Source: Paraspadella gotoi
Taxonomy: Eukaryota > Animalia > Chaetognatha
DNA: 64,000 bases
Reading direction: 5' to 3'
NCBI GenBank assembly: GCA_051294375.1
Contig: CM119268.1
Location: 19,281,526-19,345,525, forward strand
Under the pieces are notes generated by a model that did no database searches, was not told the DNA's origin, and saw nothing but the letters and a program-made list of their open reading frames with translations. Below are positions 25,785 to 39,800 of the stretch, piece after piece; positions within the stretch are counted from its first letter, which is position 1, and every line of letters starts with the position of its first letter. A program made the position numbers and the translations under genes.

Positions 25785-26005
25785 TGGGGGAGTACTTTTT
25801 TGCTCCCCAAGGGGTTACCTCCAGGAGCAGACTTTTTTGGCCCCAGGGGGCCGCCCCAGGGGGGTTCTCCCTGGGGCAAACATTTTGGGTCTATTAGGAG
25901 CACCACCTCAATAACCATTTTGCTGCTCCCCCTGGAATAGTGTGCCCCCTGGGGCCGCCCCTAGAGCCACCCCGCGGGGCGGAGGATTTGGGAGATGACA
26001 TATCT
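25785..26005 (-). repeat. GC-rich interspersed repeat, copy 2
   Basis: CCCCTGGGGCCGCCCCT...GATGACAT is shared with the 27555-27775 copy. Confidence 0.65.
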
Positions 26006-26648
26006 CGAAAAAAGGGGGGAAAAGAAATGGAAAGAAATGGAATGGCAGACGGAGAAAAATGAAGAAGAAATAAATAATATAGAATTAGAATTACTTAAAT
26101 GAGATATTAAAAGAAGGTAAGAGAAAAAGAGGAATAAGATAAAGGGAAAAAAGGAAACTGGTTCGCAGGGAATATCAATGTAGACCAGCAAGAATTTATA
26201 TTGGAAGTACTTCCAGGCACAGGCCAAAATAAATGCGAAAAAAGGAAAGACGCAAAGCTTTCAAGTATTTCATAGAAAAAAAGAGACATCTAATACACAG
26301 GCAAAAAAATAAAAACTACACTTGCTCTACGCAGCAAGAATTGTCTTTTATAAGAGTAGGAAGTAAAAAGAATAAAGGGAAAGACTTTACATTACACATT
26401 ACATGTGGAAACGAAAGACTTAAAGAGTCAGTGGTGAACTTTTGATTGTGAATCAGATCCGACCCATAAAATCAAAGACGACGACTTAGATAAATGAGAC
26501 GAGAACGACGACAACGACAACGACATTTCTTTTTTGAAACCGGAAATGAAGGCCCCGTCCGCCCCGGTTCAACGTTTCGCCGCTGCGATGCCCAAGGAGA
26601 CGTCGAAGAAAAAAAAAGAGCAAACTCATCGGTTTTCGCTTTCGGGAT

Positions 26649-26736
<88 letters not shown>

Positions 26737-27117
26737 GTGGATGGTTGGAAGCGTCATTATTGCTAGCTTGCGGTTGTTGTCGTTTTTAGCCACGTCGCCA
26801 TCGGCGGGAGGCGACGGACGCCATCTTTGAGAGACGCGGCGAAATAAATTGAAAAAGTTATGAATCTAGATTTTGAAAATTCGTGATAAGATTCATGATA
26901 GGATTCATGATGAAATCCTTAAAAAAATGAGACGACGACGAAGACAACGACGATAAAAAAAAAAATTCGAGGACTTTGCCGGCATTTTAATTCATAAGAC
27001 GAACCGAATAAGAAAAAAAGAACAAAAGACGATATTCTTCTATATCGAAGGCGATGACGATGACGACAGCCTACAACAATCAATCAGCGCTTAGCAATGG
27101 AAGCGCATACAAGATAC

Positions 27118-27178
<61 letters not shown>

Positions 27179-27418
27179 CCTCCATTAAAATCACATTATA
27201 TAATTTGATCACGTCGAAATAATAGATTTTATTTTCTCCTTTAATTCCATTGAGTTTTTTGTTGATTTTTTTCTCCATTTTTTCTTAGCCTCTAGTATTA
27301 TATTTATATTCAGATTGTTTTTGTTGGGAGGTGGGAGGGGCTTTTCTCTGAAATCGACCCTCTGATTATATCTAAACTGATATTTAAAGGACAGTTCCCA
27401 AACATTTCACTGAATTTG

Positions 27419-27946
27419 AAACGCCCCATTTCGCATTAAATTTGGCATTAGGTTTAGGATTGAGTGAGCGATTTAATTTACGTTTAGATTTAATTTAGAT
27501 ATAATTTAATTTAAGTTGGTGATTAAAGTTGGGATCAGGGTTATATTATTTTTTTACCCCAAGGGGAGCAAAGTCTGATTCCCCCTGGGATTTTCACCCA
27601 GGGGCAAACTTTGGTAGGAAAAATATATTCACGCAGGGGCAGCTCTGGGCGCCACACCTTGGGGCATTCAAAAGGGTACCCGGGGCTACAATCTTTCTCC
27701 CATGGAATAGATTGCCCCTGGGGCCGCCCCTTCTGTTGTCCCGCTGGGAGGACATTCTGGGCGATGACATTACACCTTGGTGTTAACCTTGAACTCAGGT
27801 TCAAGTCTAGGGATTAGGGTAAAAAATTAAAGATAAGGGTTTAGGGTTAAGGACTAATCCTTAACCCTAAACCCTTAGAGATCAGGGTTGGAGAATGAGT
27901 TATGAATTTATTAGGGTTAAAATTAAATTACAGAAATGGGGCGCTC
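27419..27946. mobile_element. Putative MITE with telomere-like inner repeats, carrying GC-rich repeat copy 3 (27555-27775)
   Basis: CGCCCCATTTC (27422-27432) and GAAATGGGGCG (27933-27943) are inverted. TTAGGG-like repeats lie inside. No TSD identified. Confidence 0.5.
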
Positions 27947-28423
27947 TAGTACTAGAGAGCCTCGTTTTTGTTTTAATTTTTATTCCGATTCCATCGACAT
28001 CGAGAGAGAAGAGCCAGAGCAGGAGAGAGACGAGAGAGCACCGAGAGACCGAGAGCAGATGAGAGGAGATCGAGATGAGACAGCAGAGACTACGAGAGAG
28101 AGAGAGAAAGACTGATAGCTCGGGAGATGAAATGAAAGAGAGGAAAGTGAGAATACGATAAAAAGAGGAATACAAAAAGGAAAGCGTAAAAATTAGAGGA
28201 AAGGAAAGAAGGAAGATGCAAAGCGCGAAGCAGAGACAAAAAAAAGAGAGGAAAGATAAGAGATTAAAAGGAGAAGCGAAAAAAAAGGTGATAAAATGAA
28301 AAAAAGGGAAAATGATAGAAAAAGAGAAAGAAGACAAAAGAAAGAAAGTATAAGGGAAAAAACAATAGGGTAAAAAGGGTAAAAAAGAGAGAGAGCAAGC
28401 AAAAGTTATAATAGAAAAGGCAT

Positions 28424-28508
28424 TGTTTAAGGAATAACATATTTTTTACTGTGTAACAACGAATTTTTATTTAAATGTTTCGACTCTGTGGTTGAGAGTC
28501 TTCATCAG
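28424..28508 (-). ncRNA. Second copy of the Penelope-type terminal repeat with hammerhead core
   Basis: Minus strand CTGATGAAGACTCTCAACCACAGAGTCGAAACAT has a perfect stem II. The GUC site is lost. It is followed by the same AATAAAAATT...GTTATTCCTTAAACA tail as 23425-23470. Confidence 0.75.
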
Positions 28509-28550
28509 CATTTGATTCAATCAACATTTTTCTCTTTAATGTTAGTTTTT

Positions 28551-28603
<53 letters not shown>

Positions 28604-28854
28604 TAAATGAAAGAAAATGAAAGAAAATTATATTTTGCTTACCCATTTTTCCACCATTTTCCAAAGATTTTTCGGCATTTTCTGCAAATTCCGCCATTTT
28701 TCGCCATTCAGCGAAAATTTTCTCAATTTTTATCACCCATCATCTTTTTCTGTATTTTTTTATAAAACGAAATATTTTTACTTAATTTTTTTTTTACTTT
28801 TAGTTATTTGCGGATGAGGAAAAAAAAAGGAAAGAGGCTATCGTTCTAATAAAA

Positions 28855-29580
28855 TCAGAGAAAGGAAAGGAAAGGAATAGAAAGGAAAGGAAAGGAAAGG
28901 AAAGGAAAGGAAAGGAANNNNNNNNNNNNNNNNNNNNNNNNNNNNNNNNNNNNNNNNNNNNNNNNNNNNNNNNNNNNNNNNNNNNNNNNNNNNNNNNNNN
29001 NNNNNNNNNNNNNNNNNNNNNNNNNNNNNNNNNNNNNNNNNNNNNNNNNNNNNNNNNNNNNNNNNNNNNNNNNNNNNNNNNNNNNNNNNNNNNNNNNNNN
29101 NNNNNNNNNNNNNNNNNNNNNNNNNNNNNNNNNNNNNNNNNNNNNNNNNNNNNNNNNNNNNNNNNNNNNNNNNNNNNNNNNNNNNNNNNNNNNNNNNNNN
29201 NNNNNNNNNNNNNNNNNNNNNNNNNNNNNNNNNNNNNNNNNNNNNNNNNNNNNNNNNNNNNNNNNNNNNNNNNNNNNNNNNNNNNNNNNNNNNNNNNNNN
29301 NNNNNNNNGCGAATAAAATCAGAGAAAGGAATGTAAAGGAAAGGAAAAGAAAGGAAACAAAAAGAGGCGATGCTGCTTTTAAAATCAGAGAAAGGAAAGG
29401 AAAGGAAAGGAAAGGAAAGGAAAAGAAAGAAAAGAAAAAGAAGCGATGCTGTTAATAAAAGCAGAGAAAGGAAAGGAAAGGAAAGGAAAGGAAAGGAAGG
29501 GAAAGGAAAGGAAAGGAAAGGAAAGGAAAGGAAAGGAAAGGAAAGGAAAGGAAAAGAGGCGATGCTTCTAATAAAATCAG
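28855..29580. repeat. (GGAAA)n array with periodic spacer, spanning a gap
   Basis: GGAAA runs are separated by a recurring GATGCT..TAATAAAATCAGAG motif. Confidence 0.9.
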
Positions 29581-29887
29581 TGGATGCGCGTGGAAGGCGA
29601 GGGGAAGATATTGATGTCAAAGAGTGAATCAATTTGGAAAATAAATTGAGAGCAAACAGCGAGTGCCCTTTAAATTTTAATGGAAAATAAATTCGAACAT
29701 AAAAAGATGGGGTGCGATTGAAAAAAAGGGGACGATTGAAAAAACAAAAATGGAGTGAAAAAATGGGAATCTTTAAAAAAAGAAAGATATACGGATTTCA
29801 AATCGGAGTGAAATGAGAGGATATATTATTATATATTTGATGCTAGTGCGGAGTACAATAAGTATTCCCCGATCTAATACTTAAGGG

Positions 29888-30135
29888 AGTGGTCTTTTCA
29901 TACAATTGAAACATTCTTTGAAATATTTTCCACTTCATTGATAGGGAAGCCAGGTACTCTGGGAGTGAATAAACGAGACTGTGAGAGAGTCTTGATTGAA
30001 AGCTTGCAGGGACCTGCTATGTCATTATCTTGTAAGAGTGATGGAGGCCTTAAACCACCAAAGCCTGTCCAAAGTCAGGGGCAAGATAGCTTATTTATTA
30101 AATGAATGGATAATTTTTATATTGGTTGTACCAAT
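29888..30135. repeat. Unclassified interspersed repeat, copy 2
   Basis: Colinear with 18412-18663. A noisy third version lies at about 43370-43620. Confidence 0.8.
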
Positions 30136-30474
30136 TTCATATATAGGTTATATTATTTGTTATAGCAACTTCAGATTTTGAAGTTTGCACACTAATGATA
30201 AAATCGCTAACTTTTTTATTTTATAATTCCCAGTAGTCCAGCTTGCTTACTTTCTTAGTTATGTGCTCATCAATGCCAAATGAGAGATATTCATAAGAAA
30301 ATTTTGAGGCCAAAACGCTTTAAGATAAAAATCTTATTTAACTTAAAAAAAAGTTTTGCCTCACTAACCAGGAGCCAAAAATATCTCAGCATTGAATTTT
30401 TTTTTCATTTTCCTCAAAGTTTAATTTTTTTTCTGGATCTGGAGTTCGATTTATCATTCTCTAAATGTCTCACG

Positions 30475-30577
30475 ATTTCGGGTCTGGGCGGTAATAGAAG
30501 ATAAGAGCGCTCTTCTCTCTCTCTCTCTCTGCTCTTCCATCTCTCTATCTCTCCTCTCTCTCAGTCTCTCGTCTCTC

Positions 30578-30608
<31 letters not shown>

Positions 30609-33600
30609 TCTCTCATCTCTTCCTCTTCTCGTCTTTCCTCCTCCGTCCCATGTTCTGTTTTTTCTTACTTTGTTGATTTCGAAGGTGTAGAAATCAGAGC
30701 AGTAATGGACATCTTCCATTGGCTTTGAATGGTGATATACTTTTTATTTCTTTGTTCTTCCTTTCTTCATCTTAATTTTTTCGTCGTACTCTCTTTTCTT
30801 TTCCTTCTCTCTTTTCCTTTCTTTCTTTCTTTCTTTCTTTCTTCTTCTTTGCTTTCTTTCCTTTTCGTTTTCTTTTCTTCTCTCTTCCTGTTTATTGAGA
30901 GCTTCTGTTTCTCATCCCTTATATATGGTTCTTTCTTTTATAGTAATGATTAGAAATTTCTTCCAAGAATATAGTCTTTAAATTTTGTAAAAGAAAAGCC
31001 TTTTTTTAGAACTTCCTGATTTCCTGTCTACACATACACTGAAAGAAAACCTCAGAGTCAGAATCTAATTCCGATTTATTTATATCTCAAGGTAGGTCTG
31101 ATTAATGCGAAATTTTTGCACGGAGACCCTGTCCGCGAATCACTACAATTGACCGTAACACCCAAAATGAAATGAGAAGACCTTTGCCAGGATTACAAGA
31201 AAATACAACTATATTATATATAAAGAAAACTGCATACCATGAGGTATTTATTTTAGCCTTTTCTTTTTCAGTAATCGTTGCTTTTTTTTCCTTAATTATA
31301 GCATCTATTATATATAAAGCGATATTAACATAATCTCCTTGAAATTGTTTATATTTACTATTTTTCTCTAATTACTTTTGCATAAATATAAAGCTTTTTA
31401 GAGAGAATAAGTGGTCTTACATATACTTAAAATTGAGTTCAACCCCTAATTTCTTGAAAAAAACATGAAAAAAATGCCAGCTATCGGATCAACAACAAGA
31501 AAAAAAAAAATAAGAGAAAGAGTATTTATTAGGTTAATTAAAAGGGCTGTTGTAGCCTCATAAAGCGCTAGCAGGGGTCTGATTACGAACCGGAGAGGAT
31601 TGGTTACTCTAAAATCTTCTAAAAAGCTTGTTCTTGTTTTTTTTTTTTCAAATTATTCGTGTCAATACAAGAACTCGATAATTATTTCTAATTTTTTTAA
31701 GTGTGATTAACGCATATTTGTAATCACTGATAGAGTAATATTTCGAAGGAAAAATTCTTAAATGGTCTCTTTTAAAGTTAGTATTAAACGCTATAGTTAA
31801 TTTAATTTTTTTTTATAAATTAATAGGCATGTAAAACTATTCGACTGACTTTATCCTTCTAAAAACTTAAGTTTTTTTAAAAGATTCACTACCTTAAAAA
31901 CAAACGTGCAAACTTCATACATAAAATTTTTCGTTCTTTTACATCTCCATCATAATTTTGCAGAAAATGTTTTTATTTGCCTTCAGTCTCCTTCTCAAGG
32001 TCCCGACAAATTTGTTTTTTAAATGATAAAGACACGCAGCCACATGTTTCCGGCTTTATGCCATTCCATACGCCTCATTCTCCTTTTTCTAGTCTTAGCG
32101 CTCTCTCATCCTAACATCATTGACGACCAAATAGCCTGTACGAAAACGATTATCATTATAATCCATATTTATTGATACTGACATTTGTTAACACACAAAG
32201 ATATATCATTATGTCAAATGATACCTTCCCACATTATCTCCAGATTTTTGGCAACATCCATTACGCACTAGAAATATAATTTTTTATTCAATCAACTGGC
32301 TAATCTTCTTTCAGCAATAATTCAGAGGCTTAAGTGTGTATCCTACGTGTTTTAGCACAGGTTTTAACATGCTTGAGGTAATTTGTAATTTAGGTTGTCT
32401 ACATAAGTAAAGGGAACCTCCATCTTTACCGATCAACAAGGCTTGTTGGTTACGTGCATATCCCCCAACCTTCGGAAAGTTAACAGATGGGAAAAGTTTT
32501 ATGGGCGACATGATAGCTTCAAAAGGTATCATCTCGCTTGGCCCTCCTTTGGATACTCACAGCGGAGCGTTATGGCTAGGGGAACGGACCTCTACGTGTG
32601 GATGCTAGGATAGAAATTTCTTTATATCTTTTCTAATCCTAAAATTTTCAATTCCTAGACCTTTAGTCAAAAACTTTTCTTCTTCATTAAATAAAATATT
32701 TGCTTAACATACTTCATTCTCGTTTGATCTCCGCTTTACACTTTTTTCGTTTGTATTTTTCGATCGAAATTTTGCCAAAAGCATCAAATTAATATTCAGA
32801 GAATCTCTTGCCATTAAACGACACTGACAAAAATCAATTTGGTTACAAACTTTTATTCAGTAATTTTCTTCTCTTTCTTATTAACATTCAAAATTTTTTT
32901 ATTATAAAATTCTATTATAATGTGCTAATTATTAAACGAGAAGTTCAAACCACCAAGTGTTAATAATCTTTCGGCTAAAGTTAAATTAATTAACAACTTG
33001 ATACCTAATATTTATTATTATTAATAAAAAATAGATAATTTAATAGGAATTTATCGAAAATTAATTTTCCAATACACACAATGAATCTAGTACTATAATC
33101 AGGATTAGTTATTCTTTCAAAATTAAATGTTTTACTAAATGATATACTTTCCGTATTTTCGCCTAACGTGTCTCTGCATTGTTAGATTTCTAGTTGAGAA
33201 AACACAACATTTATTACAACAGTTTATTACTGAAAACAGTAAAAACACCTCTAATATATGTCTTTTTCACAAACTTATTGTATACTCTTAAAGATCACCA
33301 ATTATTTTTATTAAATAAGACAAAGTTATTTGTATACACCAGTTACACCAAAATACCTATTACATCTAATATTCCCGTAATCACAATCAATTTATACTCC
33401 AGTACTACTATCTTATATTTCATAAAATTATAATTTTTTAAATTACAAATTATATCTTATATATTACTAAATTATAATATTTTCTTATATAGTATATTCT
33501 ACGTAAACATTTTTTAATAGTAATATCCGAATTATTATTTTCTAATTTTAAAGTTTTTAATTATTCCTTTAACTAATTATATTTTATGTGATTCAAAATT

Positions 33601-34811
33601 TTACAAATTAATACCTTGGCTATTGGATCCTACAGAAGTTCTTTCTAACGGGTTCTCTCTCCAGTTTTAAAAAAACACATTATTAAAATTAATTGATTAA
33701 CTTTAATAGGAGCTGTTGGTACGTCTCGCCACTCATCAGATTCATATTAAAGCATATGCAATATACTTTCCCATTACCATCAATTAAACTAAATTAAGTT
33801 ATCACTTTAAAAAATTAACCTAAACCTTATACATTTCTTTACATTATTCATAACAGAAAAAAAATCTATATTAATTATCATTTATCTTCAGCTTCTATCA
33901 TCGAATCAACACCTCCTTCGAGCCTTAAGCGCTAACAAAACTCTTCAATCTATTCTTTAGTGGAATGGTGTTTTTCAAACATTTTATATAGCCATAAATT
34001 AAATCATTATCCTATCGCGCCGCTGAGTCAATCATCTAACTTGATTTCTCCAAATCACAGATTATTATACTCTTCATACAAAAGCACATATTCATCCCTG
34101 GACAATAGTCCGGCTAAAAAACTAAAAAAATGGTGATCATTTCAGTATTTTGACCATCTCTCAACTCACCAATCCCGGCTGCCGTGCGCCGTCCAAACAA
34201 ATTTTTCTTTTTGTTAAAATGTGATACCAAACTGCTTTTCTAGTTTAAAACATGTAGCTGAAAAATCGCAACTAGATGACACCTCCATGACCTCGCACAC
34301 TGTGTTGTAGTCCGTAATATAATTATCGGATCTTTTGCCTCTGCAGGAGTTCACAGGAATGGTGTGTCACTAACTTTCATTGTTATCCTCCTTTTAATTC
34401 GGATTCGTGATTATTTTGGTTACTTTTTAAATGCTCCTAAGTACACTCGGTCACACCCTCCATCAAAGTATCCGTCTTCCTCAATCCTCATTCTCTTTCA
34501 ACCTCCAACTTTTAACCTTCTATATCCCATTCCATCTTAAACCTCAACCTTATGCCTTCCCCCTCTCACTCACATCATTCGTTACCGCCAACTCTCAATA
34601 ACTGCATTTCTTTTTCAGATCTCAATGCTCATCCTCCTCTCTCCTCTACAACTTCTTCTTTTCGCTCTCTTTATCTATCTCCTCCCTTCTTCTCTCTCTA
34701 CTCTTTTTTCTTATTCTCTCTATTTCTGGCTCTGGCGCGTTTGGGAAGAGAAGCAAATCTGACTGCACTGGCTGGCGAGTATCTCTCAGTCTTTTTGGTC
34801 ATAGTAGACAA
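30475..34811. repeat. 4.3-kb block duplicated at 44016-48352 (offset 13541)
   Basis: Matching ORFs start at a constant offset (30729/44270, 32311/45852, 33194/46735, 34552/48093). The copies were identical wherever I spot-checked. Confidence 0.95.
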
Positions 34812-34828
34812 GTGTGGAGAGAAAGAAG

Positions 34829-34859
<31 letters not shown>

Positions 34860-37211
34860 AGGAAGAGAGAGAGAGAGAAAGAGAGAGAAGGTAGGTGAGG
34901 AGAGATGAGAGAGTAGAGGCGAGAGAGAGAGCAGGGAGAAGAGGTAGAGAGAGAGAGAGAGAGTGAGAAAAAGGAGTAAGAGAAAGGGAGCGAGATTGTT
35001 CATGGATTTAAAGTTTTAAACATTACCAAGTAACATATTACAGGATAAAGAAGAAGTTAAATACGAGGAACAAAATAACTATAGATTTTAAAAAAGAATC
35101 AGGGTACAATAACGGAATTTTTATTTTCTTCCAACAGTAGATTTCAGGCATAAATATGTAACAATGAAATTCATTTTTCAAAGACTTAGCTGCATTTATA
35201 GGAGCACTATATACTTGAAAAGTCAGCTGAAATTTTGAAAATGTGGTGCCCTTTTAAAAGTAATGATCCGTTTTTTCTCTGTCCTTTGATGGACGACATT
35301 AAAAAAAAAAAAATGATTATTGTTATATGAAGGAAATGAAGCAGCCACGTTATAAACTTACGACTGCGACGACAACCTTAACGGAAAGTTAAGTTTTTTT
35401 TCGCCTGTATGAGATTCTGTATTTATTCTTTTTTCCACACATCAGATCCTCTATGCGCGACAATCTAAATAAAATATCACAGACGTTCATACATGCTACT
35501 CTATAGTCTCTAAATAGACTGTCTCTTCTATAGTCTTAACTTGCAGATCTGAGGTTATGATCCTGAAAGTATAAGAGACCCATTTTGGATATCCTCTTTT
35601 ACTTCTCTCTCATGCTGACATACAGATATTATTTAAAAAAAAAAAGTTAGATTAAAAAAGATAATACGTTTCTTTAATACAGTTTTACTAAGAGTGTGCC
35701 TGAACTGGCCTAAACTAATTAGTGTAAAATTTAAGTCAATTTAAAATATTTTATTGATATAATTTATAAAAATATATTTGAGTACCTTCGGGCTGCGTTC
35801 TGCCTTTTACCTTACAGTGCTATACACACGCTGAATGGATGAAAATAATGTGGATCAAGTGTGGAATCCCTGCTAATCTCTGCGAAAATTACGCGGAGTG
35901 TGGGATGTAAAGGGCGACGTCAGATAAACTATTTTAAATTCAGTAGCCTTAAAAAACTGGTAGGGGCGGGTCGACGCGAGATAGCCAGCTCACGTGATTC
36001 TGCCCGTTCTTCAACCGGTAGATCAGTGTTTACCTCACATTCGAAGTCACTCGTGCCGTTTTCCCACAGGTTGCCCCAATCATGCGGCTCCCCGCCTTCC
36101 CTCCGAAAGAACCTTCGCGTTGATAACAGAGTAAATACATTGCGGCATCGATTTCAATAGCATGTGTCAACATCGTTCATAATCGCAATGCGCACTCGAT
36201 GCAATCATAGACCGAGAGCATCACAGTCGTTGCGTCGGAGGCTACGAAGTCTTTCACCGGTCGACTAATCGTTCAATCCACAGAAATTCCTTCCAATCCC
36301 AATTTCGAGAGACTCTAGTATTTATCGAGAATTACAGTTATGTTTGCACCAGTTGGATGAAAAGTCTTATACGGCACGTGCACATAGGTCGTAAATATGG
36401 CGCGCCATAATTTGGGTAACGAGCTGCGTAATCCTTAATACTTCCACCATTCTCACTCGGCTCGTCCAGTTTGAGAAACATTCGTTCTTTCTCGAATGAC
36501 ATTGACTCGAAAGAGAGCTTTGAAACCGATATTCACTAGCGCCCGCGTTTGCTGCAGCGCTTTAAGACCCACGTGCGAGAGAGAGAGAAAGTATAGAGAG
36601 AATCGAGAGAGAGAGGAAAACAGACGGAGTTTATATGAGGTAGAGGACAGAGGTACGAATTGAGTTAGAAGAGAGAAGCACAAGACGAGAAGTAAGCTAC
36701 TTTATTGCATTATCCACCATCTTGCGTTAATATGTTATAATAATTGGCCAACCACATGCAACATTTTGTGCAATAGGGACACCATGCTTGTGTGCACAAA
36801 ACTTTGCTGCCGGATCACGCGGCCAAGAAGAGAAGTTCTCTTCTCCTACCTCTCACTACTCACATCTACATCGTCTACTCTCCTCTTCTAACAACTCTCT
36901 TTTCTCTGCTCAATCTCGTCATCATGCCTCTCTCTCTCTCCTATCATCTGCTGCTCGCTCTCATCCACATCTCTAGTCTCTCACTCTCTGCTCCCTCTAT
37001 CTTTATATATCAAACTTGTCTTCCTTCTTTCTCAGGTCAATCCCGAAACCCTTATTCTATTTTTATGGTCGTCGATCATATCCAATTATTGCAAAAAGAA
37101 AAGAAAGAAGCGTCTTAAGCGAAAAAGAAAAAAGACATACGAAAAATAGAAAAAAAAAATGATGGCGGAAAAGAGCCAGAGAAATAGATAGAATAAGGCA
37201 GAACAGAAGTA

Positions 37212-37246
<35 letters not shown>

Positions 37247-38589
37247 TGAGAGAGAGAGTAGTAGAGAGAGAGAAGAGGAGAGAGAAGAAGCAGAGAGAGT
37301 AGGGTGAAGAGATCGACCGAGATCTCGATGAGAAACGAGATTTTAGCATGGAGTTTCTGCGCATGAGGGAAAATTTTTTTTTTTTTTTTTTTTTTATATT
37401 TTTTATTTTTCGCGAGTCCCGTGGCCATCCGTTACTTGAGTTCCCGTGACTGTCGTTGTCCTTGTTTAACTGTTGCTACGTCAATTGTATTTTTATTCAG
37501 GAAATATAACATGATGGGTCAAAAAGACTTCGTTTTTTTTTTCTCTTAGAAAGCGTGTGAAGTGTAAAGATTTCCTTAAATGTCTTTCATTATATTCTTT
37601 TTTTGTAATACTTTTTCTTTTTTTTTTTTTTTTTTTTTTATCTTCTTTTATTATTCTTCGTATTTTTAACCAAAGTTTTTTTTTGACGTCCTTTTTTTCT
37701 TTCCGTCCTTATCATCAGAGATTTTTATGTGGCTTTATCTCGTGGCGTGTGAAATCTCCACTCATGCAATAATCCCCCGGTGGCGTGTTTTATAGGCCAA
37801 ACGATCTGCGAGGCGTTGTGAAGAATGCTTTAAGATTTGTTAAAGCAACCCTTTCAAAAAAACTCAACAAATTGATATTTTTAATGTTGGACAGGGCTTA
37901 TTAGACCAATTTGGGGTGGGATATTTGATGTGTGAGGTCCGAATTGCTCAGGTTTAGTCGAAATACCGCTATGAACTAAACCTGGATGTGGCTCCAATGA
38001 ACGAGCAATTTTTCCAATCTTTTCCCTGTAACATTTTAACATACTTTAATTATATCTATTATTCTATAAAATTTCTTTTTTAAACTATTAAGGTAAAACA
38101 GTTAAATTACACTTTTTTATTTATTATTTTTTATCCCAAACAACATTATTTATTCACATAATTTATCCATAATTGTGACAACAAGTAACAGTTTTAAAAA
38201 TACACCGGGCCGCAGATCACAGCCATTTTTTCCCATGCCTTTTGAACTTTATCACTGCACTTGTTGAAGGATAAAGTTTTAATCAAAGATTGTATACAAA
38301 TCCGCCTATCAAAAATCATATTTAACCCAATAAACACTCTTCCTGCCCTTCTCATTTAAAAATAGGCCTTAAAACCTTTTTCAGATCTCTCCTATATTTA
38401 TTATTTTTTATTCACCCACTATATTATTTCTCTCCCTCCCCACGTAAATCTGATTACTCCCGACCACACACCAATCACCGCAATCACCCGTTCTCTTACA
38501 TCCCCCGTAAAAGAACAATAAAAAATAATTTTCGTCTTATTAACAACAAATGCAGCCAAAACTATTGTTTATTTAAAATAAAAAATATT

Positions 38590-39800
38590 AAAGGAAACGA
38601 AATTTTTTTGCTACGCTTTAAACAGAAGCATTTATTTTTTTATATAATGGAGCAAGTTTCGATCTCTAGTTTTGCCGGTTCTTTCAATGTACAGCCATTG
38701 AAAAAAGATACATTCGACAGCACTCGCTAAACTTTTTTATATTGGTTTAAAGGGAGAGAGAAGAAGGAGGGAGATATTGAGGGAAGAGAGAGGAAAGTTC
38801 AAGCAAAGAAAATTGAGGTATAAGGACAGTCGATTGGTGAGACAGATGTTAGGGGTGAAACAAGAAACGAGTAATAGTGGAGGGGAAGGGAAGGAGAGTG
38901 AAGTGAATGTAATGAAAGTATATAGAGAGGGTAAAAAAAAAGAAAGAGAGAGAAGAGAGAAGAAGAGAGAGAGAGAGAATCAAAAATATATAGGCGAATT
39001 ATAACAACAAAAGTGAATAAAAAAGTGAAAAAACGAAAGTAAATAAGTATAATAAATAAATAAAATGTTATAGTAGAGAATTGAATATTAAAATAAAAAG
39101 AAAGAAAAAAAAAAAAGTGAAAATGAAGAATAAAAGTATGATGAGGAGAAATAGACTAAGAGGTAAGTTTTAAGAGAAAAAGAATGAGAAGAGCTCAAAA
39201 TAGGAACCTGGCACCCGCCTGGCCGGGCAAAAATAGGGATTATTACACAGAGGGAGAGGATAGAGCAACAGGTTCATATAGGGAAACTGTAAAAAATAGG
39301 GAGAGAGGATATTGTGTGCGGGAGTGGGATTGGGTTCCGGGGTCTGAGGCTAAAGGAATCGGCTGAAAAAAATGCCAAGTGCTACTCCGTATAAGTATCT
39401 CTGGCGCCTGATAGGCCTGCCGCAGAGAGCCCTCTTCTCACGCTCCGAATGCGTGAGAGCGAAGCAGTGTTATCTGTTCTGGCCTGTTTTGAAAGCGGAG
39501 AAGAGTACGATTCCTCTCCCTCCTCTTTGCAGCTGGTCGTTTTGGGGGCGCGCTCCAGCATCACGAGAAGAGTCGTGCCAAGTTGCCTGCAGGCTCAGGA
39601 GAGGCATCAGATGATTCAATTGGCCTGCTAGGTCTCGCCTGACCCATTGAGTGGGACAGGGGAATCCACGCGTATAGAGCTGATGTCGGCGTTGGGTTTC
39701 TCCACAGTTTTGATGTAGCGAATCTAGTCTTGGAGGGAGTTCGAATCGTAACCTCTCATCACGGTTCAGAAGAGGGTTTGGGGCTTTGATGTTTACTTAT
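38590..39800 (-). mobile_element. Second Penelope-like remnant (noisy sequence)
   Basis: The reverse complement of 39700-39795 (CATCAAAGCCC..TGAACCGTGATG..ACGATTCGAACTCCCTCCAAG..GATTCGCT..ATCAAAA) matches 24253-24335. A degenerate CGAAACTTGCTCC hammerhead-like end lies at about 38649-38694. Confidence 0.7.

Noticed and set aside
33715-33745. Minus-strand CTGATGAG as another hammerhead (also CTGACGA at 18387)
   Set aside because: No stem II followed by GAAA.
35800-37100. GC-balanced, gene-like sequence and short ORFs
   Set aside because: It aligns as a noisy version of 49250-49520 including the (ATC)n run, so it is probably read error.
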